A model generated the notes under the pieces. It had not been told where the DNA came from, made no database searches, and saw only the letters and a list, made by a program, of their open reading frames with translations. From contig CP075495.1 in the NCBI GenBank assembly GCA_021613535.1, positions 12,338,001-12,402,000 on the forward strand: a stretch of DNA of 64,000 nucleotides, in the 5' to 3' direction. This DNA is from Adineta vaga. Its lineage: Eukaryota > Animalia > Rotifera. Positions 25,723-39,367 of the stretch are shown here, one piece after another; position 1 is the first letter of the stretch, and each line of letters begins with the position of its first letter. The position numbers were made by a program, and so were the translations under genes.

Positions 25723-27276
25723 ATGGCTTTTGTAAAGTATCTTTTATATATTTATCTCCTTTATGGAACAATTTCATTAACATTAACAATAAAACGTCGT
25801 CCATTAGTATTTGTATTATGTTTAAAAGGTTTTCGTTGGGATTTACCTTATTCATATTCTCATTTACCACATTTTCGTCGTTTATCAACAACAGGTTCAC
25901 GAGCATTATGGGTGGATGCAGAATTTGGTGGAAGTCAAACAAATATTCTTAGTCTTATGTCAGGTCTTCATGTTGAACATCATGCACGACAAGATTTTAT
26001 TGAAACAATTCCTGTTATTAATGAACATGTCGGTGGTCATACACGTTTACTTCATTGGCCATGGTTTGATCGAGAAAAAAACTATTCAATCTATGAACAT
26101 TTACGTTCTGGACGTAAAGGTCAACCAGAAATCGTTGAACCTTATTTAAATCATGGTCGAATGCCATTACAACGTTTAACAAAACATCTTACAACAATGT
26201 TAAATAGTTTAACGAATGAAAATGATCGAACAAATCTCATAATGAGTTTCATTGATGAACCATTTACGACCTTAAAACATCATGGAATTAATTCAAATAG
26301 TATTCGTCGAACAATGTTAAATATCGATCGATTAATTGGACGTATATTATCAATAACAACAAAAAATCAAATTAATTTCCTTATTCTTGGTGATCATGGA
26401 ATTGAACCAATAGATTGTCGTCAACCAATTTATTTATATAATATCTTTACTCAAGAACAATTAAATTACTATGCTGATCGACATAGTGGAACAAGTTTTA
26501 GTTTTGTAATTTATCCTAAATCAAGTTAGATAAAACATTTCTTTTTTCTTTCATATTTATCACTTTTTTTTTTCTTCTCTTCTTCAAATTAAGATTATGC
26601 ACAACGAATCTTATTAAATCAATTTCAAAGTTTACCAAATGAACAAATTGAAATTTATCTAAATGATCAAAATCATTTACCATTAAAACTTCGTCTACCA
26701 ATATTAAATGATAAACCAACACCAATTCTTCTATTTGTTAAAGAAAAATTCTATTTTTCTTATAATACCGATCAACAATCACCGTATTGTCCAAATGCAA
26801 AGAATCCAAATTGTCAACAATCAAGTAAAATTAATATTTAGCAAAATTTTTTTCAACCTTTTTTTTCTTTTCCATCTGTTTTAGTCTTAGCAGATCATAG
26901 TGATGATCCTCGTCATTTATCCATGCGTACTGCTCTATTTGCACATGGACCCTTTTTCAAAAAGGGACACATTAATGAACCAGTATTAGCAACAGATGTA
27001 TATGTCTTATTAAGACAAATGCTTTGTCTTTCACCAATAGCTCCATCACGGGATGGTCTATTTGCAATACATCGAATGCTTGATTTAACATCACTTTCAA
27101 ATACATGTGCTCATTTATATTTATCAAGTATGAATATGCTTCATACAGTTGCAGTAAAACCAATTCAACATTATGATTTACTCGAAGATGAGTTTAAATT
27201 AGTTAACATAAATATAACAGAAGGATCACCTAAACAACAGAGTAATTATGTACAATTGCATGTTACTATTGATTGA
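25723..27276 (+). CDS. Ectonucleotide pyrophosphatase/phosphodiesterase (ENPP4-7)-like secreted protein, probably catalytically inactive. Exons 25723-26524, 26594-26824, 26885-27276
   Basis: Signal peptide, RPLVFVLCLKGFRWD, LPHFRRL...G, SLMSGL..E.H, FIDEP, ILGDHG, DHSDDP..SMRTALFAHGPFFKKG and DVYVLLRQML.L.P. Confidence 0.85.
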
Positions 27277-29079
27277 ATGAGTTTTTCTCTCTTGTAAATA
27301 CTGTTTGTTGTTTTCTTTCTCTCGATATATTTATTACTAATTAACTATATATATATATGATCATCCTAGTCAATGCATATAATTCAATAAAGAATGCTCT
27401 TATTCTATGACAAATATCGTTTATGAATATACAAAAATGAATTAGATAATTGTTTTTAGTAGTTTATTAAGAAATAATTTCTATGTAAATATTATTTCTC
27501 TTTGAAAGAACAAATTTGAAGTATGCTATTCACTTAATATGGTTTTTATTGTTTGCGATATATTTATCAACGTTTAAGTCTTGCATTTTAATCATCAACA
27601 ATGTCGACGAAAGCATTGATTAAGTTCTTTGATTTCATAAATTTATCTTGATATACTAGACGATAGATATTTCTTGATTAAGATGCGAACGCACTTGTTG
27701 AATTCTAGAGCAAAAGAAATATCTTGGGATAATATTCTCATTATTAACGAATTGATGATAAGACTAGTTTAATCGATTGTCGAGTAGCAGTGGCTTTACT
27801 AATCTTATCACTATCGTAACTTATCGAGGAAAAAAAAACTTGTTAGAAATACATAGGTTTTATATAGTATTATTTTGCGCAATTAGTTTTCATTATATCA
27901 TTAAAGAAAGGCAGAATGACATTAAGAAAGAAGATGAACCATAAATTATCTTTCATCCTTTTCGTTTCACTTATTTTCTGAATAATTGTTATGCATTGCA
28001 TATAGTAAACAAACAAAGATGAAATTCTACTCCATGTTAATCGAATCGATTTAAATCTCGGTCATATCTAGTATCATATAATTAGAATGCTTTTATTATT
28101 AATGAAGTTAATTACTCATTTGAAAATATTACCATTGAGTATTGCAGCTAAAAATAAATTCGTTTGACAAATGAAAATGTTCACAATCAACATCAATTAT
28201 TTCTAGTTTTTCATCAAGAAAAAAACATGAATTGAAAATAACATAGTCATATAATCATATCATGAGTACGTCTGAACACTTGTATATTTATAAAAAATTA
28301 TACCTTAATTATAAATGTTTTCGAATAATAATTGAACTAATCTATACATTTTGATCGGAAAATATTTGTCAATCACTATTGTACTCGATGTCACTCGACA
28401 ATAAAGACAAGAAAATATTCGATAACTATAAATTGTATTAATTTATTACAGATACAAAATTCTTTTCTTATGTGTTGTTTTTAGAAGAATAAAAATCGTA
28501 TTTATCAATAGATTTAATGACTAAATGCGTATATGGAATACATTATTTTAATTAAATCTAAAGAGAGATATAGTCAGACAAATATTTTCATTCGATCCGA
28601 TTGACAATTGTACTATAACATGATAAAATATTTCATTGTGATAATAAATAAAATGAGAAATTCAACACAAGTATTCATATTTTTTTAGTTTTTCTTTTTT
28701 AATTACGCAAAAAAACTGACAAGAATGTATATGAACGGAATAGACTAATATGAAGAAGTAGTAATAGAATGGGTTGATGCGTGCGAACAAGAATAAAATA
28801 AGGTTTAAAAAACATGATCAATTGAAGGTCGAAGGCTGATATTATGCATCTATTAGCCATTCGTGAATGAAAGGGTAACATATCTATACAATGTCTCATA
28901 ACAATAAATAAAAAGAAAGATGGTAATGAAGTGAAAAGAATCTTTTTTGTTGTTTTATATAGAGAAGAATGTTTCGATGTTAATTGAAAAAAAAATGAAA
29001 TGAAATGAAAATACACATATGGAATGAATGAAAGGCACACACACGAAAGAATACGATAAGTAATATGTTCAGAAGTATT

Positions 29080-29101
29080 TATATATATATATATATATAT
29101 A
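29080..29101. repeat. (TA)n microsatellite
   Basis: tatatatata... run seen directly. Confidence 0.85.
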
Positions 29102-29261
29102 AACGTATTCGTATTTGGGTACTACTACTGTTCGAATGGACGAGGTGTGCACAAGCATAAGTGAGTTGTAATCCACATGACAACAAAGACGAAACAAAAA
29201 TAAAAAGAGAAGAAAAAAGAACGAGTTATTTTTATGTACGATTTGTTTTTTCTTTCATGTT

Positions 29262-32200
29262 CTACAGAGTTTCGACATATGTAGCCGGATAGAGACCTAC
29301 TCGACTACCAACTCGACCTTTACACCAACCTTGATCATCTTCATCTTCGATTTTAGCAAAAATATCGCCTGAAAATAAGTATACATATTGAATAAAATTT
29401 CTTTCTCAACTATGAAAATTGTACCTTGCTTGAATGATAATTCATCTTGTTCTTGTGCGTCATAATCATATAAAGCTCGAACATGTACAACACCACTATT
29501 ATCAAATGATGAAATACCTGGTGATGTTGGTGATTGATGTGGATAAGATGATGGTGATGAATCAATATTATTTACATCATCATCATCATAGAATGGATTA
29601 GCCGGTGGTGGATATGATGATTGAGTTTGATATGAAGGTAATGATGAATGTCCACTATTATTTGTTGCTGCTGAATAACTAAAATGAAAAGAAGGAAAAC
29701 TTGCATGTCTACATTTATGTTTGGGTTTTTAAGAAAAAGAAAATGATTAATTAAATCAACACATGCACATCAATACAACAGTTGTGATCACGAAATAAAT
29801 TAGTTTTCAGATTGCAATAGAAAGAATAGAAGCTTAGCTTGAATGGATGGATAAGCATATTTCCATTACTATTTAATAAGACATGAATTGTATTGATTAG
29901 ACATCAATTAGATTAAGAAAATAGAAATATATCATTGTTTATATTTGGTGACATGTGAAAAAAAAGAACGAAAAAGGAGACAAAACAAAGCGAAGTTCCT
30001 GCTTCAACAGTCTTATTCATTCTTCTCAATCGATTTCTTTTCATAAGATATGTCATTAGTCTTCTCTTTTAATCTTTATGATTATTATCACATTCATTAA
30101 AAAAGGATTTCTGCTTATCAAATATAAAATGGGATCAATCGCGATGAAAGGTTTCTCAGTGCAAATGATGAATAAACATTGCTAGACGTATAGAGACAAT
30201 ACATATTGACCAACAAGACAATAGTACGAATATAAGATATAAATAGAAAAACCCACTCATTCGCCCAAGAACTAGCTGCCCAACCGGGTGATGCATCAGC
30301 GGGGGCTGAAGTTGGTTGATGATAGCCCATGTAGGGTGAAGCTGGCGTTGAATCAGTCTCTTCATTGAATGCAGCATTACTGATAGATAGGAAGGCAAAG
30401 AAAAATCAGATATAAATCGAGAGAGAAAAGTTGTAAAACAATTCTCAACAGACATATCTATCGATGGTTTTCTAATCAATATTAAATCAAATATATCTTA
30501 CTTAGTTGATAACCGATTATCTACAGGTGTTAGATTTGATGGGCCATTATTATTATTATTATTATTGGATCGAATAGCTGTTACAACAACAGGATTTTCT
30601 TTTTCAAGTTCGCCTTTAGTACGACGAGAAAGTGTACGTTGTGCTTCTGTATATTCCTAAAACAAAATACAAATATATCAGTTATGTACACCTATATACA
30701 TGTTTCAATATATAAAGAATATAAAACATTCTATGTATATGATTGTTGTTGTCGTTGTTGTTGTAAACGTCAAGATTAGTTAGCAAAAAATGAAAACCAA
30801 AAGAGAAAAAGTAGTAAACTATAAGTAACATAAGAGAAAGATAGAATTAAACTACATGTCAGTAAATGTGCAGCAAAAATATACAAAGAAACCAATATAG
30901 ATGTTTTTTTTAGAACTAAAAGTAGAAGCCTAATTATATAGATATGATAAACTACTTCACGCTTGATAAGATCCCGGCGAACGCGTGTAACGACAGCAGC
31001 AGTTCGTCGCATTGATCGACGAAGTGTAGCATAAGAATCCACGACCAATAATCGTGTATCATATGCAACTGCAGCACTTGTTTGACTAACAAAATGTGCT
31101 AATTGTCGACGATGATATGCATCATAACCCAAAGATAAATCGTTAGCACAATAAGAAAAATGATTTTGTTGTTGATGATGATCTAGATCTGTTGGTTCCT
31201 AAGGAGTGGGAAGGGTAATCAATTTAACATAGAAGCAAGATTGAATTTATTCTTTGTTTTTTTCTTGATATATCAAAGAGTAGAACAAAAAGAAGAAGCC
31301 AAGAAGAATTATCGATATGATTGACAAAATGATTAATTTATAGAAGAAAAAAAAGACTCATAATAATAACTACCTCGAATGATGGCCAATTCATTTTCAT
31401 TCCGGCACCATACGTATCCGACCACCAACAAAGATCTCTGTCTGCATCACAATTTTTAATTGTCTGAGAGAATTGTTGAAAATTTGATGACCTAAATATT
31501 GCCCAGAATTTCACAAATTGTTTATCGATTATATTCAATTTACTGTAAACGATGGCTTAGATCAAGACATTTTTCTGTCGCACCAAAAAATTCGCGAAAT
31601 TTTACAAGACGATCTTTCTCAAAAGTTTGGCACCGGATAAAAACCTAATTTAAAAATTATTTAATTAAAATAAATCAAATTAATTCTCATACTTCATTCA
31701 TATCATCCATATATTTCGGATTGGCTCGATGAATTTCTTGTAAAGCTTCGGCATATTTACCTTTAGCTGCTTCTTTTTCTTTACGGCATCGTTCAACTTT
31801 TTCTGAGAATTTAGCACGCTAAGAACACAAAAAGAAATTTGATATGAAAAACAATACTAGTTAGAAATCTACTTGATCTTGTGGAACAGATCCATCAAGT
31901 CGAGAATTGTTTTCTTGTGATTCAGCCATTTTAAGATTTTTTGTTGCAGTATGATAGTCACGTTTATATTTATCTACTTTGACATATAATTTCGCCCATG
32001 GTTTTTGTGCCTAGAAAGAAAATATCATTTCAATAGATTTAATTTGAATACAAAAAAAAACAGAAATATGTTACGCGTTTAAATTCTTCATCGAGATCTT
32101 TTGTAGGTTTGATATGCATCATTGATTTGACATATTTTGTTTTTTGCCATGCTTTTATTGCTGGAATAATATCATTTTGTAATTCATCATTAACTGTTTG

Positions 32201-32643
32201 ATGAACTTCAGCTGATGCATCAGCTTCGCCCATAATTGCTTTCCAAGCTGATGCCATTGAACCAAATTCAGATGCTAAGAAACAAAAAAAACGACCATAA
32301 ACGAAATTAATTAAGCATGGAAAAACGAAGAAAAGAATATTTTCTACGTACATTTTGCAACATAATCCGACCATTTTTTTGACCAACTTTTCAACATTTT
32401 CGAAAATGTCTTTTCAAGTTCAGCACGTTCATTAATCATACTTATAAGATCAGTGGTTAATTTATTACCATCATCACATCGTTTCACTGCTCGATTATAT
32501 TTACCAATCTATTTCAAATGAACAATCAATGTGAAAAGTATGAAAATAAAACAATTGAAAATACATACTTCCCAAAAAGAATCAGTTTGTGGTAAATAAA
32601 GATCATTGTCGGCATTGGATTTATCACCACCACCTGTATCCAT
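29262..32643 (-). CDS. PACSIN: PACSIN/syndapin (F-BAR, NPF motif, SH3), multi-exon with two cassette exons
   Basis: [73 protein letters not shown] and SH3 [21 protein letters not shown]...[23 protein letters not shown]. Confidence 0.97.
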
Positions 32644-32937
32644 AATGTAGAAGAATGCGAATAAAACAATCTAAAATCAAATAGTTTATATGAATTCACA
32701 GACTAAAAGATTTTTAACGATCAAATATCGAGATTTGTGATTTGCTAAATAATCTCGCAAAGAAGAAAAAGAAAAATCATCATTTAATCCATGATAAATG
32801 TTGATGTATGGAACATCACTCTCTCAATAACAACATCAGCACACATAAATATTTTATTTCTCATCGTGTCCTGCAATCGAAAAAAAGATGAAGGAAAAAG
32901 AAGAATAGTGATAAGACATAGCCACTACCACCATCCG

Positions 32938-32963
32938 CATCATCATCATCATCATCACCACCA
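32938..32963. repeat. (CAT/CAC)n trinucleotide repeat in the PACSIN upstream region / 5' intron
   Basis: catcatcatcatcatcatcaccaccac seen directly. Confidence 0.75.
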
Positions 32964-35069
32964 CGAACACTACATATGCCGTTCATTCAATCACGGAGAA
33001 CGAACGGACGTAGTAACGATGTCTTTACTCTTATTTTTGTCGAAGAACGAGAAAAAATAATAGTGCAAGGAGGACTTTTGTTATGCTGACAAAAAAGAAA
33101 GAAAAGATACAAAAAGAAAAAATACGGAAGAGAACTTCTCTATTTTTTTCTTAAGTCACGTTACGTTTCTTCTTCTTTCTCTCCTCGTCTTTCTCACAGA
33201 ACCCGGCGACTTCATTCAAGTCAACTGAACCGTATTGCTTATTTTGTATCTCTCCTCTTCTCTTGCTCTTGTTTTCGATCAAGTTTCTCTTACCCCAACT
33301 TCTCTCTTTTTTCTGTTCTTTATCATCAATCCGGTTCTATATTTTCGGGAAGAAAACGAGGAGGAAAAACAGCAGAAGAAAATGATGATGATGATGATGA
33401 ATACTTTCAATTTATTTCCCGCTCTATGGTTGGATAGAGCAGATTATAGGCAAAGGATGACAACAACAACAATAACCATGCTTGCTGAACTCTCGATAGT
33501 TAAATAAAAATAGACGTGAATGAACAGATGAATATGAGAAAGAGAAAAAAAACAAGCTATGAAGATGAATATGAATTAAATGACGAATAGATTTAAATCA
33601 TGGGATGTACTACATCGACCTATCGATCCTAGACATCAATTGTATTATGTATATACTTATGACCTGACTCGACAGATAAAATATAACATTCGAAATAGAT
33701 GGTTACATTAAATGACTCGTCAGTTTTCTCTTCTTTTATGAGATTTTTCTTCTTTTTTCATATTTCTTTTCTTCGTTTCTTTTTTTCTTCTTGTTTTTAA
33801 CATCGCCTAAACAACATAATATAGGTCTTTTTTTATTTTCCTAAACGGACTATTGTCTGTACTATTTATATTCTGCTTCCGTTTTACATGTGAAATCGGA
33901 GAAGAAAAGAACGACAAAAGACAAATGTGATAGTTAATCAAAGCGAAAGAAAAAGTAATAATCCTGATCAATAAATCGAATGAAGCAATATCTAGGCAAT
34001 GTTATTGTTGTTTTTATTCGTCTTCTTCTGCTCAATCGGCTCAGGTCAATCAATACATCATCTACAACTAACTATACCGTCGCCGCCGTCGTCGTTTCGA
34101 CAAAAATATTATGTTGAAACTAAGATTCGTACATACAAAGAGAGAGAGAGAGAATGAGTTGAAGTATGTCAACGAATAAGTGCTTGTAGTTCATCTCTAT
34201 TGTTATTGTAAGAGAAAAAGAGAGACAGAAGAGAACGAATCACATCTTATGTTTTGGTATGTAAGGTATGGTATGAGTATATATATATAACGTTCAACGT
34301 TTACGAGAAAAGCAAGTGATCTTGAGCATGGTATAAATATACAATGAAATGAATGTTGACCTTCTCCTCCTTTCCGCTCCCTCCCTCCCTCTCTCTCTTT
34401 CTTCTATGTTGATGAAAATACTACTCAATCTTTTATGCACATGCACGAACAAATGAGAACTTCATATGTTAAAAACACAAGGGATTTCGAAAGGAGTATA
34501 GCATGCAATTCATTAACTTATTCTAGTGTTTCTTATTATTTATCTCAAATTGAAAAAAACAAAAAAATATATATACCTTAGAGAAGGAAAAGAAGGTGAA
34601 TTGAAGTAGTTTTCAAAGGATGATAAAAAAAAACAAGGATTACTCGAACGAGTACACAATCATATTCTGATAGACAAAAGACTAGAGAAATTTTCTCTAT
34701 ACTAACGAAGAAATAGAAAACACAACACATGATAATGAAATAACATATATTCACTTTCAAAACTATTGATTTAGAGTACCATGTCATTAATTAAATATCT
34801 CGGTACATTCAAACCAAAACATATCATTTATATTTCGAATAGTTATTGCATATATATATATATATAAACATATACTTATTAAACAGATGTCGCTAATTAA
34901 ACCATTTAATATATCTATACTAGCTGGTTTGGGAAATCGACAAATCGAAATGAATGTTGGCTTTCCTTCCTATATTACAAAACACAACTCATCTGTGTTT
35001 ATTCAATTGATGTCTGACATTTTTTTTTGTGATAGATTTATTGTCTAAAAAGAAATCTTCTTGTAGATA

Positions 35070-35770
35070 ATGGCATCATTAGTAAGTCGTGGTTTAGCTC
35101 AATTAAAAAGCAAGGAAATGCGTGATTATTTAATGAGGTAAATAATATCAACATCTGTCAATAAAAAATCTCATCTTTCTTTGTTTTTTAACTTTTAGTA
35201 CGGTAAGCAAAAAAATTATTTTGAGGAAAAAATAGTTGATTTATTATTCTTTTTTTGTCAATATGATTAGCATTTTTGGGGACCAGGTAACGATGATTGT
35301 TATAATTATGAAAGAATTATAAATATTGGATTTATTTGTAGTTGCCAATTGGGGTTTGCCATTAGCAGCTATAGCTGATTTAAAAAAAGATCCGGAAATT
35401 ATCAGTCCAAAAATGACTGTTGGTAAGTAAATAAGACAATAGTTTGTTGATTTTTTTTATATTCTACAATTTTAAATTATTAGCTCTATGTTTCTATTCA
35501 ATGCTATTTATGCGTTTTGCTCTTCAAGTTAAACCAAAAAATCGACTTTTATTTGCTTGCCATTTTGCTAATGAATGTGCACAATTAATGCAATTAGCAA
35601 GATTTATTAATTACAAGTAAACAAATCTTATTTTAATTTTTATATATATTATATTCTTTATTTTGAAAAGATATGGTACACCACAACCAATGAAACAATA
35701 TCAAGTTCCATCGGTTAATGATAAATCATTAACGAATAAATCCACCGTTGCATCCGCTCGTTCAGCATAA
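35070..35770 (+). CDS. MPC1: Mitochondrial pyruvate carrier 1. Exons 35070-35137, 35199-35202, 35271-35286, 35342-35422, 35484-35616, 35671-35770; absent from the ORF track
   Basis: Spliced translation [101 protein letters not shown]... is canonical MPC1. Confidence 0.97.
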
Positions 35771-38315
35771 TATCATAGAAACTATTTGTCCATTTTTTTC
35801 AAAAAGTGCTTCTATTGGCTCCTAATTTCATAGTATCGATATTTGATTCCTTACCTATTTTGTTCTGTCATTTATAACAGTAGTCACATCTTGTGCAGTG
35901 ATAATTTCAACACGAATCAATAAAGAAAAAAACAACAACAACGAAAAGTTGCATTTTTTTGAATCAACGTCATTGTCATATCGTCTCAAATGTAATGAAA
36001 TTCAAATAAGCATTTTTAGTATGGTATACAAACACTGTCAACAAATATATTATGAATTCTTATTTTTAATAATTGTTATATGTAAATAGTTCAAAAATTC
36101 TATCGATGAACTAATGAACTGTTCTCCCATTCTTAAGTAACAATTGTAATACTTGATAAAAGATAAACGTCTCTCACGATTGCTTATAACAATAAGTTGA
36201 ACGATAACAATGCTTGAAAAACATAATCATATCATCAGAACATAACATAACATAAAAGAATTGATAGTAACTAAATAAATTATTCTTTCGTCATCATTAT
36301 ATTTCATTCAAAAGAAAATGGATTACATAGAAAACTCAAAAGTTTACCAAAAGCTAGAATTCTAAATATCTGCATGTTGAAGGTAAACAATATTGATGGC
36401 AATAATTTCCTTGTGATGTGCATGTATTGGCAGTCCACACCTCATGTAACTTGTTCGTAGAATGTCGATAAGAATTAATAATGTTTAAATTGTATGAAAG
36501 TTTACTTGTCACAAGAAGTCTTTCACCATTGTTAAGATATTATCATTGTGCACACATTGATGATGATCAATCTGTTAAATGTTAGTTTCATAATGAAAAT
36601 TATTTCTTTGCTTACTATTTTGTTTATAAATTCAAGAAAGGATGTGTCAAAATTAATACAAACAATAGACCATGACCATCACAAGTAACTTGTTTTGAGA
36701 ATATTTGAGAATAAAGTATATAATAACACATTATCATAGAACGATGCTCACCACTAGATTAATGATAAGATTGCTGAAATCAAACTCTTCCTATTCGACG
36801 CCATTATTTGACTTTTGCTCTAGTTGAAGATGTGTAACTTGTTTTTGTACGAGTAAGTGATTTTGTTTACTGGATGTGATATATAAATATTAAACATGTT
36901 GATAATTTTTATGTTGGTAATTATTTAAAATGGGAAATGCTCATAGGATAGTCACAGATCTGATTACAAGATCTATTGGTATTCGTAGGAATTCTGCATT
37001 CTTATCAATTGTTTAAATGGAAGGATATTCGGTCGCTGGTAAGATGTAAAATATGTGCTATAGTTATTTCGAAATGATCAATCAATAGACATTATAATCG
37101 TTGAATGTAATACAATGCGCTGGCGTATGTATGTATATGTTCGAGGATGAATCGTTTTTAACTATGCACATTGTTCTTTATTTGTTTATACACAGACTCA
37201 ACACGATAGGCTTATCGATTTAATTGGATCAGTGAACCATAACAAATGTATATCGACGACAAATAACAGAAGAAAATCGTTTAGTGTAGTTACACAATTG
37301 TATGATTATTATTACTATGAATTTATATCTTGTTTTGTGAGATTATATGGTTCAAATTGAAACTAGACATAAACTAGTTTAAAGTATCATATAGTTTTTT
37401 TTCTCGTGTAAGATGTTTTTATTTTCTTATGCGAATCTCACTAGTAAAAATATTATGGTAGACTACAACATTTTCATTAATAAACATTCGTGTTTATTCG
37501 AAACTTGTACATTTGTTATAATAGATGATTTAACTATTTGCATTGCAATACAATAAGTCCGTCGATAATTAATGATATTCTTTCTAAAATTTCTCAAGTA
37601 CCTTTTTTTACGAGGATACTTAAGAATGTTTCAACTCTATTTTATTTGATTCTTCTTTTGAGTATATAATCTCTGATGTGATGTTATCAATTCTTCTCAG
37701 AATTGAATATTCATGACAAAGTATCTTGATAGGTAATGGCAACGAAGTGAAACTAATGTTGAGTTGTTTTTTCTTCCAGTGTGTAGACATAACAAATAAT
37801 TGTTTGTACGAATTGGACTATATGATTAACAATGACAGCTGTCCTTATTTAATAAATAACATGAAAATTCTATTTCATTATTGATGATTATTATTTCTGA
37901 AGTTGTATCAGAGCTAAAATATCTCTCACAATCGGTATCAACCTCATGTTATTTTTTGCATTCGAATATTATGCTGCAAGTATTCAACTGTAAATAAAGA
38001 TGATATTATCACCATAAAAAGAAAAACAACACGGAAAAATCTACTGAATGTTAATTATATTACATCAAATTGACGTAAGAAATAAAAGCATAGCTGTGAC
38101 GATATTTGTACATATAGATTGTTTCGAAAGAAAACAATGTATACGGTGTAATAAAACGATGCGTCATTTCAACTATTAGAACTAGATGGATTTCAAAGAT
38201 ATTCATAGATTACTCTCGTCGTGTTGAGTTTTCATTGAAAAGCATTCAAATTTATATCGGTTAAAATATGATAGTTATATTATAGACAAGTAAAGTAAAA
38301 TGAAAATAGAAATGT

Positions 38316-39121
38316 TCATTTCTTTCGAGAATCTTTCTGATGTATTTTACGATTTGAAGTGGTTTTCTTCGGTGGTACTGGTTCAACAGGAGCACGCATG
38401 CTCTGTTGAGATTGCGATGAAAGTTGTCCAACGACAGGCGGAGTCTTTAAGAATTTATCAGCATGAGAATTAAAACCATTTGCTTCAATATTTTTTACAC
38501 CCAACTGTTGTGCACGATCTAACCATTCGTGTTCAAATTGTTTTTCATCATCGACATGATCTAATTCACGATTTTCAACTAGTTTTCCACTTGTTGAATC
38601 ACGTTCTTTGATTATTTTATGACCACGTTGACCAAGTCGATGAGCTATTTCTGTTTTTTCAATATTACGTCCAGTATCACGAACTGCTTTTCGTGTTCGT
38701 TCAAGACCTACATAAATAAATAATAGAAATCGATTTGCGTTCAAATTGTGAATATACCGTCAGGTCCACGTAATTGTTCGGTTGTTGCTTGAATAATTCT
38801 CGGTTGACCACCATTTTGCTGATTCATTCTTGATACTGTTGATGTACTAAATGAAACTCCTTGACCTTGTGGTTTACCTAGATTTGTATTCGCTACTTTA
38901 GTTTGTACTTGATTCGCCGCCTGTCCCATATTATTCATAAGATTGTCCATAAATGCGAATGTATCACCAAATAAATCTAACTTTCGATTTGGCACTTGTG
39001 GATGTTGAGGTATGGGTCGATTTCGATTATCCTGTTTTGTTCGTTGATCGAATGGAGAATTTGGTAATGGAGTGACATCCGAGAAAAACGGATCATTATC
39101 AAATGTTGAAAATATATTCAT
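38316..39121 (-). CDS. MLF: Myeloid leukemia factor family protein; intron 38708-38757
   Basis: FDNDPFF, SFSTSTV, QATTEQLRGPDGLERTRKAVRD...EKTEIAHRLGQRGHKIIKERDS.SG..ENREL..DD..FEHEW (Mlf1IP domain). Confidence 0.9.
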
Positions 39122-39358
39122 AGTTTTATACCGATGTACTTTTCGTTAAAGTGATAGATGTATATATATATATATATTGAAAGAATTGAGAGAATGATTT
39201 TTCTTTCGAATGGTGCGCATATGGAGAAAGAAAGAAAGACCCCGTATACCCTGTTTTTTTCATGGTATTTTGTTTTCTTTTTCGGTAAATTAAAAGAAAA
39301 AAAAAGTAACATCGAGTATGAAATGTATACAAGGACAATATGTTTATGTAGAAAGAAA

Positions 39359-39366
39359 TGACGTCA
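39359..39366. promoter_or_regulatory. Perfect CRE palindrome TGACGTCA about 240 nt upstream of the MLF ATG
   Basis: Exact 8-mer containing CpG in the short intergenic region. Function not demonstrated. Confidence 0.3.
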
Positions 39367-39367
39367 G

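Noticed and set aside
32791-33507. ORFs with poly-His and poly-Met runs
   Set aside because: These are translations of CAT/ATG microsatellites in the PACSIN upstream non-coding region.
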